64,000 nt of DNA from Candidatus Latescibacterota bacterium (GCA_965203175.1 OZ241867.1:2496001-2560000), one strand, 5' to 3'; shown: positions 36,988 through 47,156, counted from the stretch's first letter. Program-made: numbers and translations. The notes: a model not told the origin generated them from the letters alone.

Positions 36988-39078
36988 ATGAAAGCGCATT
37001 GTGCCGCGGCCAGCCTCGTCTTAGTGCTCTGGCTGCCGAGTGGAAGTTGGGCTCTCGATACGGTCTCGATAGGGGAGGGCGGAGAGTTGGACTGGCAGGG
37101 TGAAGGCGAGGCCGTCGTCACCACCATTGACGCCGAGCACCGCTCGCCCTTAGATCCCAACAACCTGCTGGTGGGCAACGCACCTGGCGACTTAATCGAA
37201 TTTGCACGCGAAGACTTTTCCCACAGCATCCTGCCTCTGCGCATTGCCGAGGGAGAGAACGTGGCCGTCGGCACTATCGAACGCGGCGGCGATATAGATT
37301 CGCCCAATGTCTTCGACTTCAGCGGCACGTTCAAGCCGCTCGACTTGGAGATGATGCTAAAGGAGTTGCTCTCGGACGAGCCGGGCGGCGAGTTGTTGGC
37401 CTTTGAGCGCAAGAATCAGAATTCCCTCGGCATCCTAGTCCTGCTCAATTTAGGAGCGCGCTTCGGGGTCGAGCGCATACGCATCTATCCGCGCAATACG
37501 GTTGTGTCCTCGCCCTCGACCCCCTTCCAAAACGACTACCTGCGGGCGTATGAGCTTTTTACCAACGACGGCCTGAACCTGACCAGCGAGGACACGCCTA
37601 TCTGGAGGCCGCTGATCGCCGAGACCGACAACCAAGTCGCGGTTATCGACGTGCCGCTCGACCCGCCGCGCTACGTTCAGCATCTGCGCTTGCGGGCGAC
37701 TTCGCCGGTAGATTTTGAGATCGATGAGATCGAGGTTTTCGGCAAGGGCTTTCTGTCGCGGGCCCAGTACGTATCGGACATTTTCGACGCTGGGCAACCA
37801 GCCGTGTGGGGCACCTTGCGCTGGGTGGAAGAAGTGTTGGGCGATCCGCGTTTCTCCAGCGCGCAGATCCGTACGCGCACGGGCACGGACACGTCGCCTT
37901 TTGTGTACACCCGCCGGTTGCGCGGCAAGCAAGACGCCGAGGACATTCCTTTTTCGCTGGAAAATCCCGGGGAAGAAATGGGCCTAGCCGAGTATCGGAA
38001 ATTTCCCCAAAAGGCGGGTCAGACGCCCATTACCGATTCTGCAGGCCGCGAGTGGATGGCCGGGGCCGTGACCGACGACCTGATCAACTGGAGTCCCTTT
38101 AGCACGCCTTATCCGGCGGACGCGGCCAATGGCCCGGGCCGGCCCATTGTCTCGCCCAGCCCGCGCCGCTACATGCAGTTTGAGGTGGTTTTTAATAGCA
38201 GTGACCTAGAGGCCGCGCGAGTGATCAAGTCGCTGAGCTTCGACTTGTTGACGCCGCCGTTTGCCGACGCCTTGGTCGGCGAGGTTTTTCCGCGCGAGGT
38301 ACAGGTGTCTGAGGAAGTGCCCTTTACCTTTGCCATGCGCGCTGCTATGGGCACGGACGGCCTGCGTGGCTTCGACACCATCGACATCAACACGCCAGCG
38401 CGAGTATCGAGCATCGACGCGGTGCAGATTATTGATGGCGCTGGCGCGGTCGTGGCCGAGCACCAATTCGACAGCCTCGACGCGGCCGGCGAGGAGTTCG
38501 CCATTGCCGAGGTTGCCGACGACCGCTTTGCCGTGCGCTTCCCCGTGGTGACCGACGACCAGACTCAGGTCCGCGTTCGCTTCCAGACCAATGTGCTGAC
38601 GTACAGCACCAACTTCACCGCGGCGGCGCGGCTCACGACCGAGCCTGGTGCCGCCCAAGTAATCGACCCAGGCAATGTGGCTTTTTTGGGCGAAGGCGAT
38701 GAGGACGCGTTTTCCGGTACCACGGTACTCAGCCCGTCCGTATTGGCCGAGGGGCAGCTATTGGGTCAGGTTCAGGCTGCGCCCAACCCCTTTACCCCCA
38801 ATGGCGACGGTATCAACGACGAGGCGATCATCCACTACAACCTGCTGGCGTTGAGCACCCCGCGGCCGGTCGAGGTCGCGCTCTACGACTTGAACGGCCG
38901 GCGCGTGCGCGTCCTCTTCGCCGGTGAAGAGGCTAACGGCCGCTACACAGATAAGGTGTGGGATGGCCGCGACGACCAAGGCCAAGCAGTTCCTCCGGGC
39001 CTATACGTGGCCCGCGTCTTTGTCTCCGGGGATTCGGGCGACGCCGAGCAAAGCCGCGTCGTAGCCGTCGCGTACTAA
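36988..39078 (+). CDS. Large secreted protein with an FlgD-Ig / gliding-motility-CTD-like tail (paralog 2)
   Basis: GGAGG RBS, signal peptide; WGTLRW, RTRTG, WSPFSTPY, SPSPRRYMQF, NPFTPNGDGIND, WDGRD, PPGLY, ends AVAY. Confidence 0.85.
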   Translation: MKAHCAAASLVLVLWLPSGSWALDTVSIGEGGELDWQGEGEAVVTTIDAEHRSPLDPNNLLVGNAPGDLIEFAREDFSHSILPLRIAEGENVAVGTIERGGDIDSPNVFDFSGTFKPLDLEMMLKELLSDEPGGELLAFERKNQNSLGILVLLNLGARFGVERIRIYPRNTVVSSPSTPFQNDYLRAYELFTNDGLNLTSEDTPIWRPLIAETDNQVAVIDVPLDPPRYVQHLRLRATSPVDFEIDEIEVFGKGFLSRAQYVSDIFDAGQPAVWGTLRWVEEVLGDPRFSSAQIRTRTGTDTSPFVYTRRLRGKQDAEDIPFSLENPGEEMGLAEYRKFPQKAGQTPITDSAGREWMAGAVTDDLINWSPFSTPYPADAANGPGRPIVSPSPRRYMQFEVVFNSSDLEAARVIKSLSFDLLTPPFADALVGEVFPREVQVSEEVPFTFAMRAAMGTDGLRGFDTIDINTPARVSSIDAVQIIDGAGAVVAEHQFDSLDAAGEEFAIAEVADDRFAVRFPVVTDDQTQVRVRFQTNVLTYSTNFTAAARLTTEPGAAQVIDPGNVAFLGEGDEDAFSGTTVLSPSVLAEGQLLGQVQAAPNPFTPNGDGINDEAIIHYNLLALSTPRPVEVALYDLNGRRVRVLFAGEEANGRYTDKVWDGRDDQGQAVPPGLYVARVFVSGDSGDAEQSRVVAVAY

Positions 39079-39183
39079 CGCATCAATCTCTCCAACCGAT
39101 TTTACTTGCACTCGTGGGTCGCCGAGTAGCACATGCCCGAAAACGGCCCAGCGGCTCGCGTTGTGCATCGAGAAGTCGCTGGA

Positions 39184-41403
39184 TCAGCCACCGAAAATTT
39201 GTTCGATTTGGGCTTCCATTTCCCGCCGCGCCACCTTTTCTATGCGGTGGGCGCGTTGGCTGCGGCTAAAGGCCGCGAATTGGGCATCCGCGTCGGCTTG
39301 GCGTCCGGTGCGTTGGTAGAGGTGCCCGAGGAATAGGTGCGCTTGGTAGTCGCGCGGAGCGATCTGGAGCAGATGCTCAAACAGGGGCACGGCCTCTGCA
39401 TAGCGTCCTTGGCGGGCGTAGAGCATGCCCAAGCTCCAATGGGGATGCGCGATCTTGGAGTCGAGCGCAATGGCGCGGCGCAAGAGTTCTTCGGCCTCAG
39501 CTAGTTGAGTTGTCTGCCCGAGGGTCATGCTCGTTCCTTGTTCGGACTGGATGAGCAGGTCGGCGAGGCGGGCTGGGTACTCGGGCACGTGCGGCTCGCG
39601 CTGCATTAGCTGCTCAAACTCGGCGATGGCCTCGCGGTTTTGCCCCTGCGCCGCGTACAGGCGGGCCAGTTGATAGCGCACGAGCGTCGAGTCTGGGTTC
39701 AGTTTGAGCGTGCGGCTATAAGCTCGGGCAGCGCGTTGGGGTTGGTCCGTCATCAGCAGGGCGTAGCCGAGGCCGCCGTGCGCGGCCGCCCAGTTGGGAC
39801 GCGCAGTTGCGACCTCGGAGTACGCGGCCGCAGCCTCGTCGTAGCGCCGAGCGAGCAGCGCGGTGTGGCCAAGGAGAAAGCGCACGTCCACGTCGTTAGG
39901 CTGCGTTTTAAGGTAGCGCCGATAGAGGTCGATGGCCTTGCCATAGCGCTCGGCCTCGCCGTGGAGTGCAGCGAGCGCGAGGAGTGGTTCGGCGAAGGTG
40001 GGATCGCGAGCAATAGCGTGGCGGTAGTGGCGGGCGGCGTGGGCCGGCATGTCCCGTTCCTCGTACGCGTAGCCGAGATAGTAGTGCTCGTGGGCATCGC
40101 CCTCTCGGTCCATCGCGCCCGTGGCCACATTGCAAAAGATCAAGAGTGCAGCAACGGCGGCGAGCGCGGGCCAAGGCCGCTGCCACAGGGCGCACACCCC
40201 ATAAGCCGCAAACAGCAACAGCACGGGCACGGTCGGTAGGCGATAGCGCCCGGTGACGAAAAACAGGACTACGGAAAGCGCATAGCAAGCCACAAAGAGC
40301 GCCAGCAAGCGCCCCTCGGGAGATTCGGAGGCACGCAGAAAGGCAAAAAACCCCAATAGGGCCAACGGGGCGACCAAGCCGAAGGGAAACGCCAGCCCTT
40401 TTTTCCACAGCAGGATCGACAAAAGCGAAGAGTCATTGCGGGCGAAGTAGAGGTCGCGGTTGCGCGGGATTTCGTCACCGCGCAGGAATAGGTAGCCCTT
40501 GTAGGCTAGCAAGCCCAAGAAATCGAGCGGCTCGGAGGCCATGTACTGCCAAGATTGGGCAAAAAAATAGCGCGACTTGGCCGAAGGCTGCTCAATGCCA
40601 GCGCGGCGTTCGGGCATTTCCACTAGCTCGGCCCAATCCCGTCCCGGGCGGATGTGGGTCGTTTGCGCGTAGTCGGCGTTGTTGCCGATGTAAAAGTTGA
40701 TACCCGCGTTGTGCGAGATGAGCACTAGATCGCCGCCGACTGCCCAGTTGCGATACGCGACCGGCGCGATGACCAGCGCACAGCCCAAGAGCAGAAAAGC
40801 CGCCGGGCGCAGCCGCCGCTGTCGCCAGTAGAGATAGCCCAACAGCATGGGCGCGAAGAGCAGCACGTTGGCCACGGCGAGCGCGGACAGGCCCAGCAGC
40901 ACGCCGGCGGCTAGCCAGCGCACCCAACCACCCTCGCCGATTACGAGCAGCAGTACGATCAAGTTGAGGCAACAGGCCAGCAAGGTTGGCAGCAACGCGC
41001 CGCCAAAGTAGATGAGGGGACCGTACAATGCCGCGGCAACCCCCGCGCCGAGTCCAATCCCCGCGCCAAAGACCCGGTACCCCAACAGGCAGATGAGAAC
41101 GCAGACGAGTGCGCCTATGACGGCTTGGATGAGTCGCGGCAGGTAGAGGTCATCTCCGGCGAGGGCAAAGAGTCCGCCGAGCAGCACGGGGTAGAGTGGC
41201 GGTTGCCAGAAGGGCGCGGGCCGACCCGCAAAGGAGACTTCGCTGAAGTAGCGCGCTTCCTCGGTATAGGTGCGGGCATCGACGACAGGAGCGGTGAAAA
41301 GCGGGCTGGCGCGTATTTCGTGAAGGTAGTACAGGCGCGCTGAGAGGGCGAGCGCAAAGACGACCACTCCCCCCATGAACATCCAGCGTCTAGCCATGGG
41401 CAC
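39184..41403 (-). CDS. GT39/ArnT-PMT-like membrane glycosyltransferase with C-terminal TPR repeats
   Basis: PVVDARTY, PFWQPPLYP, multiple TM segments, GINFYIGNN, RYRLP, then TPR-like helices. Confidence 0.82.
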   Translation of the reverse strand: MPMARRWMFMGGVVVFALALSARLYYLHEIRASPLFTAPVVDARTYTEEARYFSEVSFAGRPAPFWQPPLYPVLLGGLFALAGDDLYLPRLIQAVIGALVCVLICLLGYRVFGAGIGLGAGVAAALYGPLIYFGGALLPTLLACCLNLIVLLLVIGEGGWVRWLAAGVLLGLSALAVANVLLFAPMLLGYLYWRQRRLRPAAFLLLGCALVIAPVAYRNWAVGGDLVLISHNAGINFYIGNNADYAQTTHIRPGRDWAELVEMPERRAGIEQPSAKSRYFFAQSWQYMASEPLDFLGLLAYKGYLFLRGDEIPRNRDLYFARNDSSLLSILLWKKGLAFPFGLVAPLALLGFFAFLRASESPEGRLLALFVACYALSVVLFFVTGRYRLPTVPVLLLFAAYGVCALWQRPWPALAAVAALLIFCNVATGAMDREGDAHEHYYLGYAYEERDMPAHAARHYRHAIARDPTFAEPLLALAALHGEAERYGKAIDLYRRYLKTQPNDVDVRFLLGHTALLARRYDEAAAAYSEVATARPNWAAAHGGLGYALLMTDQPQRAARAYSRTLKLNPDSTLVRYQLARLYAAQGQNREAIAEFEQLMQREPHVPEYPARLADLLIQSEQGTSMTLGQTTQLAEAEELLRRAIALDSKIAHPHWSLGMLYARQGRYAEAVPLFEHLLQIAPRDYQAHLFLGHLYQRTGRQADADAQFAAFSRSQRAHRIEKVARREMEAQIEQIFGG

Positions 41404-41410
41404 TACACGC

Positions 41411-44074
41411 TTATTGCAAGCCCGCGTAGATCGAAATAAAGATCTGATTAATAATCACCGCGTCCTCGCCCCGTGGCTGGCGGCGGTCGATTTTCATGCC
41501 CGCATGGGTTGTGACCTTATAGCCGAGATAATCGGAGATATTGGCCAACTGCAAGGCCCAGACTAGGCCGTTGAAGTCGTTGGAGTCGCGCTTCAGGTCG
41601 TTGAGGAAGGTCATCTCCAGCCCGCTCATCAGGGTTGTGTGGCTGAGCAGGGGAAAGCCGAGGATGAAGCCGCCGATCTCGGCCAGTTCGGTGCGTTCGT
41701 CGGCTGAAATCAGGTCGCGGCTCTGACGGCGGTACTCGCTTTTCCAGCGCGGCTCTAGCCACAGGTGCCCAAAGTCGAAGCGGTAGCTGATTTTGTTGAT
41801 TAGGCCAAAGAAAAAGTCGCGCTCGCGCAGGCCCAACAGCGCGCGCTCATTGGCACTCAGCCGCTGGTGGTACAGGTCGTATTTGAGGTAATTGGCCGTC
41901 AGCAGGCCGCGCAGCTTGTAGTCGTGGCCGACCCACAGGCTGTTGATCCAAGCGTCGCGAGCGATGAGAGGATCCTCGACTTTGGTTGGTTCACCAGTGC
42001 GGATATTGGCATTGGGCAGCCACTGCAAGAGGTCGTCGGGGATGTCGTCGGTCGTGGACTTGAGCATCTCGAAGACGCGGAAGCGGCCCCAATCAGGGGT
42101 GTCGCGGTCCAGGGTCAGCAAGACGTAATTGGCATGGTTTTTTTGGATAGAAGAAATGAGACCCTCGCGCAGGACGCCGACCATCAGCCGCAACTCCGGG
42201 GTGAAGTGGATGCCGCCATAGGCGTTGTACCCTCGGTGATCCTTCTTGTAAGGGTAGTCGGGCAGTTCGTCGTTTTCAAAGCGATCGACCCATAGGTTGT
42301 TGTTCAGGTCGATGCCGAAGAGGAATTCGGGCCGATCGACGTTGTGGCGCAGGAACGGCTCCTCGTAGTCCGGGATGAGGTTGCTCAAGAAGCGGTTGTC
42401 GTTCTGGTTGAAATCCGAGATGAAGTCGTTGTTCTCATCCCAGCCGGGAAAGACGCTCGGATCGCCGACTTGCCAGTCCTTGCGCACGGTGTCGGGAAAT
42501 TCGTCTTGGTCGTCGTTGTCCTCGACTAGCTCGACGACGTGGATGCGTTCGTCCTCGTAGTCGATAAAGCCATCGCCTTGGGCGGTGAACGTGCGGGTGG
42601 AGTAGCGAGGATCCATGCTGTATGCCTCGCCGAAGAAGAAAAAGGGAAACGCGACCCGCGAGAGGTTCATCATCCACGCGGAGGCGGCGCGGTCGCCGCG
42701 GATGCCCGAGAAGGTGGTGTGAGTCTTGGCGACTACATTGGGATATTTGGTGTAGTTATAGCTGAGATCGTACTCGCCGTAGAAGTCGAAGCCGAGGACC
42801 TGTTGCAGCTCTAGGGTTCCTCCCCAGATCTGGGTGGAGGTCGGCAGGCCGTAATCGAAACTGACGATCTGCAAATTGGTGTTGTCTTGGACATTGCCCT
42901 CGGCTTGGGCGACGAGCAAAAGCACGGACTCGCCGCTGGCGTTGAGCTGGCTGTCGGAGGTGACCCAGACCTGATAGTCGTTGCCCAACACGAGGCGGAA
43001 CTCGACCTTTTTGATTTCTTCTTTGGTGCCCGAGGAGCGGTTGACAAAGGCCGGACTGTCAAAGTCGTAGCGCAGGCGAATTTCCTCGACGCCGTCGGCC
43101 GAAAGGAAGCCCTCCCCCACGAGGCCACCCTCGATGATCGGTTCAAAGCGGATGGCCTTGCCGTTGTCTTGCGTGCCGTCGAGATAGGTGATGATGATGT
43201 CCGAACCAGCGCTGAAGAAGGCCGCGCCGCCGACACCGTCCTCGGGACTGTCGTCGCGCAAGACGATTTCGATGATCGAGACGGTCTGGTTCTGATCGAC
43301 CGATAGCTCGCCGGTGAAGGGGTTGCCGGTAAATCCGTCGATGAGGGTGTTGGACTGGTGGGCGTTGACCATCGTCAATCCTATGGTGGCGAAGTCGCCC
43401 ACCTGCGCGGTGGTGCGGCTGCCGAACATGGATGTGGCGTTGGTGACCAAGCTCTCTTGATCGTTGGTTGACGTGCCGCCGGGTCGGCTGATGCGCGAAT
43501 AGATTAGAGTGCCTTGGTATTTGTCGGCCGCGTAGTCGAATTGAATGCCGTCCCAACGCGGCTTGGAGAAGGTCATCGGCGTCAGGGTCGAGCGAATCTT
43601 AGTGCCGGCTGTCAGGGCGTAGTGATGCTGGCCCTTGGAGTCGGCCGAAATGACCAAGCCGCTAAACCAGCCCTCGAAATTTCTGGACTTCAGCACGGAA
43701 GAGCCAAACTGTCGAGGCTGGGTCTGCGAGTTGTTGAAAACCAGCCAGCCTCGGGTGATGAGGTTGCCGTAGAGGTCGTAGTAGTAATCGCCTTCGCGGA
43801 TGGCGCTGACGTAGCGCTGGTAGTGATCGCGGGCGTAGTTGGAGTATTCCCACTGCCGCCACTGGTATTCGTTAAAAAGCTCCTGCGGCACGTACCACCT
43901 GCGCTTAGCCGGGTCGAGGGCGCCGAACAGGACGCCGGACCCCTGTGGTTCAAAGGAAACCACCCCACCCCTTTTGACCGTGCCGAGGCGAGCGCCGTAT
44001 TCTTGGGCTTCGGCAGCAACGCTGCCGAGCCACAGAATGGCTATTGCCGTCCAGAATATCCGTCTCCGGTTCAC
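41411..44074 (-). CDS. Large secreted protein, predicted outer-membrane beta-barrel with acidic Ca-binding-like loops
   Basis: GTG start with GAGGAGGG RBS, signal peptide, many amphipathic beta-strand segments, ends NQIFISIYAGLQ; DNDDQDEFPD, DENNDFISD, DLNNNLWVD. Confidence 0.7.
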   Translation of the reverse strand: MNRRRIFWTAIAILWLGSVAAEAQEYGARLGTVKRGGVVSFEPQGSGVLFGALDPAKRRWYVPQELFNEYQWRQWEYSNYARDHYQRYVSAIREGDYYYDLYGNLITRGWLVFNNSQTQPRQFGSSVLKSRNFEGWFSGLVISADSKGQHHYALTAGTKIRSTLTPMTFSKPRWDGIQFDYAADKYQGTLIYSRISRPGGTSTNDQESLVTNATSMFGSRTTAQVGDFATIGLTMVNAHQSNTLIDGFTGNPFTGELSVDQNQTVSIIEIVLRDDSPEDGVGGAAFFSAGSDIIITYLDGTQDNGKAIRFEPIIEGGLVGEGFLSADGVEEIRLRYDFDSPAFVNRSSGTKEEIKKVEFRLVLGNDYQVWVTSDSQLNASGESVLLLVAQAEGNVQDNTNLQIVSFDYGLPTSTQIWGGTLELQQVLGFDFYGEYDLSYNYTKYPNVVAKTHTTFSGIRGDRAASAWMMNLSRVAFPFFFFGEAYSMDPRYSTRTFTAQGDGFIDYEDERIHVVELVEDNDDQDEFPDTVRKDWQVGDPSVFPGWDENNDFISDFNQNDNRFLSNLIPDYEEPFLRHNVDRPEFLFGIDLNNNLWVDRFENDELPDYPYKKDHRGYNAYGGIHFTPELRLMVGVLREGLISSIQKNHANYVLLTLDRDTPDWGRFRVFEMLKSTTDDIPDDLLQWLPNANIRTGEPTKVEDPLIARDAWINSLWVGHDYKLRGLLTANYLKYDLYHQRLSANERALLGLRERDFFFGLINKISYRFDFGHLWLEPRWKSEYRRQSRDLISADERTELAEIGGFILGFPLLSHTTLMSGLEMTFLNDLKRDSNDFNGLVWALQLANISDYLGYKVTTHAGMKIDRRQPRGEDAVIINQIFISIYAGLQ

Positions 44075-44144
44075 CTTGCAATCCCTCCTCAGTAGATGTA
44101 CATGGTGCGTCAATGATAATCGGCCCCGGGCGTTCCAGCAATAA

Positions 44145-47100
44145 CTAGTAGGCCACGGCGATAATCCGCGCTTGGGTCGTCGGCTGCCCTGTGGCGTCGG
44201 CGTCGAGTTGGACTTGGCACAGATACAGCCCAGGCGGTGCACGGCGGCCGTGGTCATCGACGCCGTCCCAACGCACGGTGGTGCGGCCGCTCAGCACCAT
44301 CTCCTCGCGCTGCCAAACCCGTCGCCCATCGAGCGTGTAAATCTGCACTTGGAGGCGGCGGCTAGAAGTGAGCTTGAAGATATCCAACGAGATTTCAGCC
44401 GCGTCGTTGATCCCGTCGCCGTTGGGGGTAAAGGGGTTGGGACCGACTGCGAGACCATGGACGAGATCGCTGTCGATGGGGACGTTGATTGAGAGCGTGT
44501 TGCTGGCGATGCCTTCGTCAGCGTCGCCCGCTTCAACGGCCTGCCATGCCACTTCGGCGTCGGCGCTTGCTGCATTGCGCACGAACAGGCGCAGGGTCGT
44601 GCCGTTGAGAAAGACCGGCGCTGAAAGGCGCAAGCGGAAGCGCTGGCCCGGCCCGGTCACAATGCCGCGCTCGCCCGCGGCGAGGCGGTTGTACGCGCGC
44701 GAGTCGAGCGAGTCGCCGCGGGCGTCAAAGGGGAATTGGGCTCCGTCGCCGCGCAGAATGCGGAAGAAGCGGACGGGACCTTGCTCCTCGCCGGGCAGGT
44801 CTTGGTAGCTGGTTTGGTCAATCTCGCTGAGCTGGTCGCCGTTGCGGCGGAAGTAGCGGATGGCCCCCCGTTCGTCTTCGTCGAGGGTGCCGTACGCCGC
44901 GCCCGTAAGCGGCAAGCCGTCTTGGGTCACAGGCACCTCTTCGCCTTCAAGGGTAATGCGATTGTACGTGCGGCTGGCTGCGGGCAGGATGTTGAGCGCG
45001 TCGTCTAGGCGCACCCAGATCGAGTCGCCGCCGTTGGCCAAAAGCGCGGCTTGCGTCTGGTCGCTGGCTGTGAACACGCCGCGCTCGGTCCCAGGGCGAA
45101 AGACCTTTTCGCCATCTGGGCCGCTGATGCCAAGCTCCAAGAGTTCGAGCTTTTCCGAGGCCGGCATGGTCAGCAGAATCTCATTGAAGCCAGAGCTGCG
45201 CGAGGCCGCAGGCGACTCGATGAAGTAGGGCTGAGCAAAGACGTCAAAGGTCTCCCGCACACCGGAGACTTCCACCGAGGCCGGCCACAGCTCGGCCGCG
45301 ATGCGCTCGGCCACGGGATTGAGCAGTTCGACCGCGAGCGAGCGGATCGAAGCTGCGGCCTCACGGTCGGTGGTAATCATCTCGACTTGGAACTGCATGA
45401 ATTTGCGCAGACCGGGGGAAGTGACGATATCGCCAGGCTGCTGGTAGGCGCGGCTCCAAGGGCTCCAGCCACTGGTGGACACAAAGGTGGTGTCGGCTGG
45501 CCCCTTGAGTCGGGCCAAGAGGTTTTTCCAAGCGTCATAGGTGATTTCGTTGCCCGTTTTGTCGAAGTAGCGAATGACCTTGCCCAGCAGGTCGCCGGTG
45601 CGGGTTCGGATTGCGACGGTCGTACCTGGGGGTGTCTCGGCCTCCCAAGTAATGGCTCCGAAGTTGCGCGCCCCAGGCAGCGCAATAAGGTCGGAGGTCA
45701 GCACTACTTGCGCTGGATAGCCCGTGGAAAAAAGCTGGTACTCGGCAATGTTCGGCCCGGTGTTGTACCCGCCTCGACGGCGCGGGTCCGCCGAGATGAT
45801 GCTTATTTCGAGAAAGCGGAGCTTGGGGCTAGGATCATAGGTGTCGAGAATGTGTTGAAAGCGGTCGCGGCTATTGTCCTCGCGAAAGCGGGGACTGAGG
45901 CGCGACCACTTGATCTTGCCGCGCGTGTCGCGCGAGCCGTCGGAGCCTCGGATCAAGTACCCGTCTATATAGGGCCGGGGCCGGGTCGAGGAAATGCGCA
46001 TGGCGTCGAGCCAAAACGACGCGCCCATATCAACGGTGAGCACGCCGCGGTCGATGGTCGGCGACCAAACCAGGTGCAGGAAGTTGGTGTTGAAATCCGC
46101 GTCGAAAGCCGGTCCTGGTATGAAACCGTCGCCGGTCAGGTCGAGCTGGCCGCCGCCGGCCACCAAGCCGTTGCTGATGTTGTCGCCAAATCCGTACACC
46201 TCGATTCCGGCTAGACGCGGCCGTTCGCGTCGGTAGTAATCCAAACGGCCTTGGCGCTGGGGGTCGAGGCTTTCATAGATCGCTTGCTCGACCGGCTCTT
46301 CAAAGCCCTGTTCGTCGCGGATGAAATAGATGATCGCGCCGCGCTCATCGGCTGGCAGGGTTTGCCATTCCTCTTCGCTGATGCGCTCGCCGCGCTCGCC
46401 GCGGGTATCGCTGACCACGATGCGGATGGTCTCTACCAGCTTGCCCTGCCAGCCGGGGTCGGCATTGAGTTGTTCGAGACCAATGCGGAAGGTGCGCTGG
46501 TCGCGGTTGGGGGCTTTGGTGTTGGCGATGCGTTCAAAGGTGATTTTGTCGGCGTTTTCTTGCACCGGCTCTTGGTCGGGCGCGGCGAGGACGCGGAACT
46601 GGAAGAAGGGATCGCCTAGTTCTTCTTCGACAAAGTGAATGACGAGGGAATCGACCGCCACGACGCGACCCAAGTCTATTTCGATCCACCAGTCGTCGAT
46701 CGGTGCCTGCGGGTCGGGCTCCCAGAAGGTGGTTGGATCGTCGTCGAGGATGTTGGCGGCTGCGGCCGCATTCGAGCCGACGCGGCTGATGCCCGGACGA
46801 AAGAAATAGGAGTAAATGGGGTTGCCCTTGCGGTCGGCGATGATCTCGCCTTTCACGTCGCGGGTCTGGGTGCTATCGATGTTGAGGATGGCGGTTTGGT
46901 TACTGCGGCGACGCAGCTCGGGGATGGGGCGGGTAAAGGTCTCTAGATCGTCGAGCAAATTGAAGTGCTCGCGAAAAAAGTGCGGCTCGACCGTGCCGTC
47001 CGGCGATACCTTCACGGCGTGGGTGGGGAGCTGCCAGTTGTGCCAGTGCGCGGCTCTGTTGACTACTACGGAGCGGCTGGTGACGCGATGGCCTTTTTGG

Positions 47101-47156
47101 GCGTCGGCTGCGAGCAGCGGTGCCAAGCAGATGACGAGAAACGCTAAGAGTCTCAT
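44145..47156 (-). CDS. Large secreted protein with an FlgD-Ig / gliding-motility-CTD-like tail (paralog 3, 1003 aa)
   Basis: AGGAGG RBS, signal peptide; discoidin-like DDDPTTFW..WWIEIDLG, FGAITW, RTRTG, WSPWSRAY, SPGLRKFMQF, NPFTPNGDGIND, PPGLY, ends AVAY. Confidence 0.85.
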   Translation of the reverse strand: MRLLAFLVICLAPLLAADAQKGHRVTSRSVVVNRAAHWHNWQLPTHAVKVSPDGTVEPHFFREHFNLLDDLETFTRPIPELRRRSNQTAILNIDSTQTRDVKGEIIADRKGNPIYSYFFRPGISRVGSNAAAAANILDDDPTTFWEPDPQAPIDDWWIEIDLGRVVAVDSLVIHFVEEELGDPFFQFRVLAAPDQEPVQENADKITFERIANTKAPNRDQRTFRIGLEQLNADPGWQGKLVETIRIVVSDTRGERGERISEEEWQTLPADERGAIIYFIRDEQGFEEPVEQAIYESLDPQRQGRLDYYRRERPRLAGIEVYGFGDNISNGLVAGGGQLDLTGDGFIPGPAFDADFNTNFLHLVWSPTIDRGVLTVDMGASFWLDAMRISSTRPRPYIDGYLIRGSDGSRDTRGKIKWSRLSPRFREDNSRDRFQHILDTYDPSPKLRFLEISIISADPRRRGGYNTGPNIAEYQLFSTGYPAQVVLTSDLIALPGARNFGAITWEAETPPGTTVAIRTRTGDLLGKVIRYFDKTGNEITYDAWKNLLARLKGPADTTFVSTSGWSPWSRAYQQPGDIVTSPGLRKFMQFQVEMITTDREAAASIRSLAVELLNPVAERIAAELWPASVEVSGVRETFDVFAQPYFIESPAASRSSGFNEILLTMPASEKLELLELGISGPDGEKVFRPGTERGVFTASDQTQAALLANGGDSIWVRLDDALNILPAASRTYNRITLEGEEVPVTQDGLPLTGAAYGTLDEDERGAIRYFRRNGDQLSEIDQTSYQDLPGEEQGPVRFFRILRGDGAQFPFDARGDSLDSRAYNRLAAGERGIVTGPGQRFRLRLSAPVFLNGTTLRLFVRNAASADAEVAWQAVEAGDADEGIASNTLSINVPIDSDLVHGLAVGPNPFTPNGDGINDAAEISLDIFKLTSSRRLQVQIYTLDGRRVWQREEMVLSGRTTVRWDGVDDHGRRAPPGLYLCQVQLDADATGQPTTQARIIAVAY

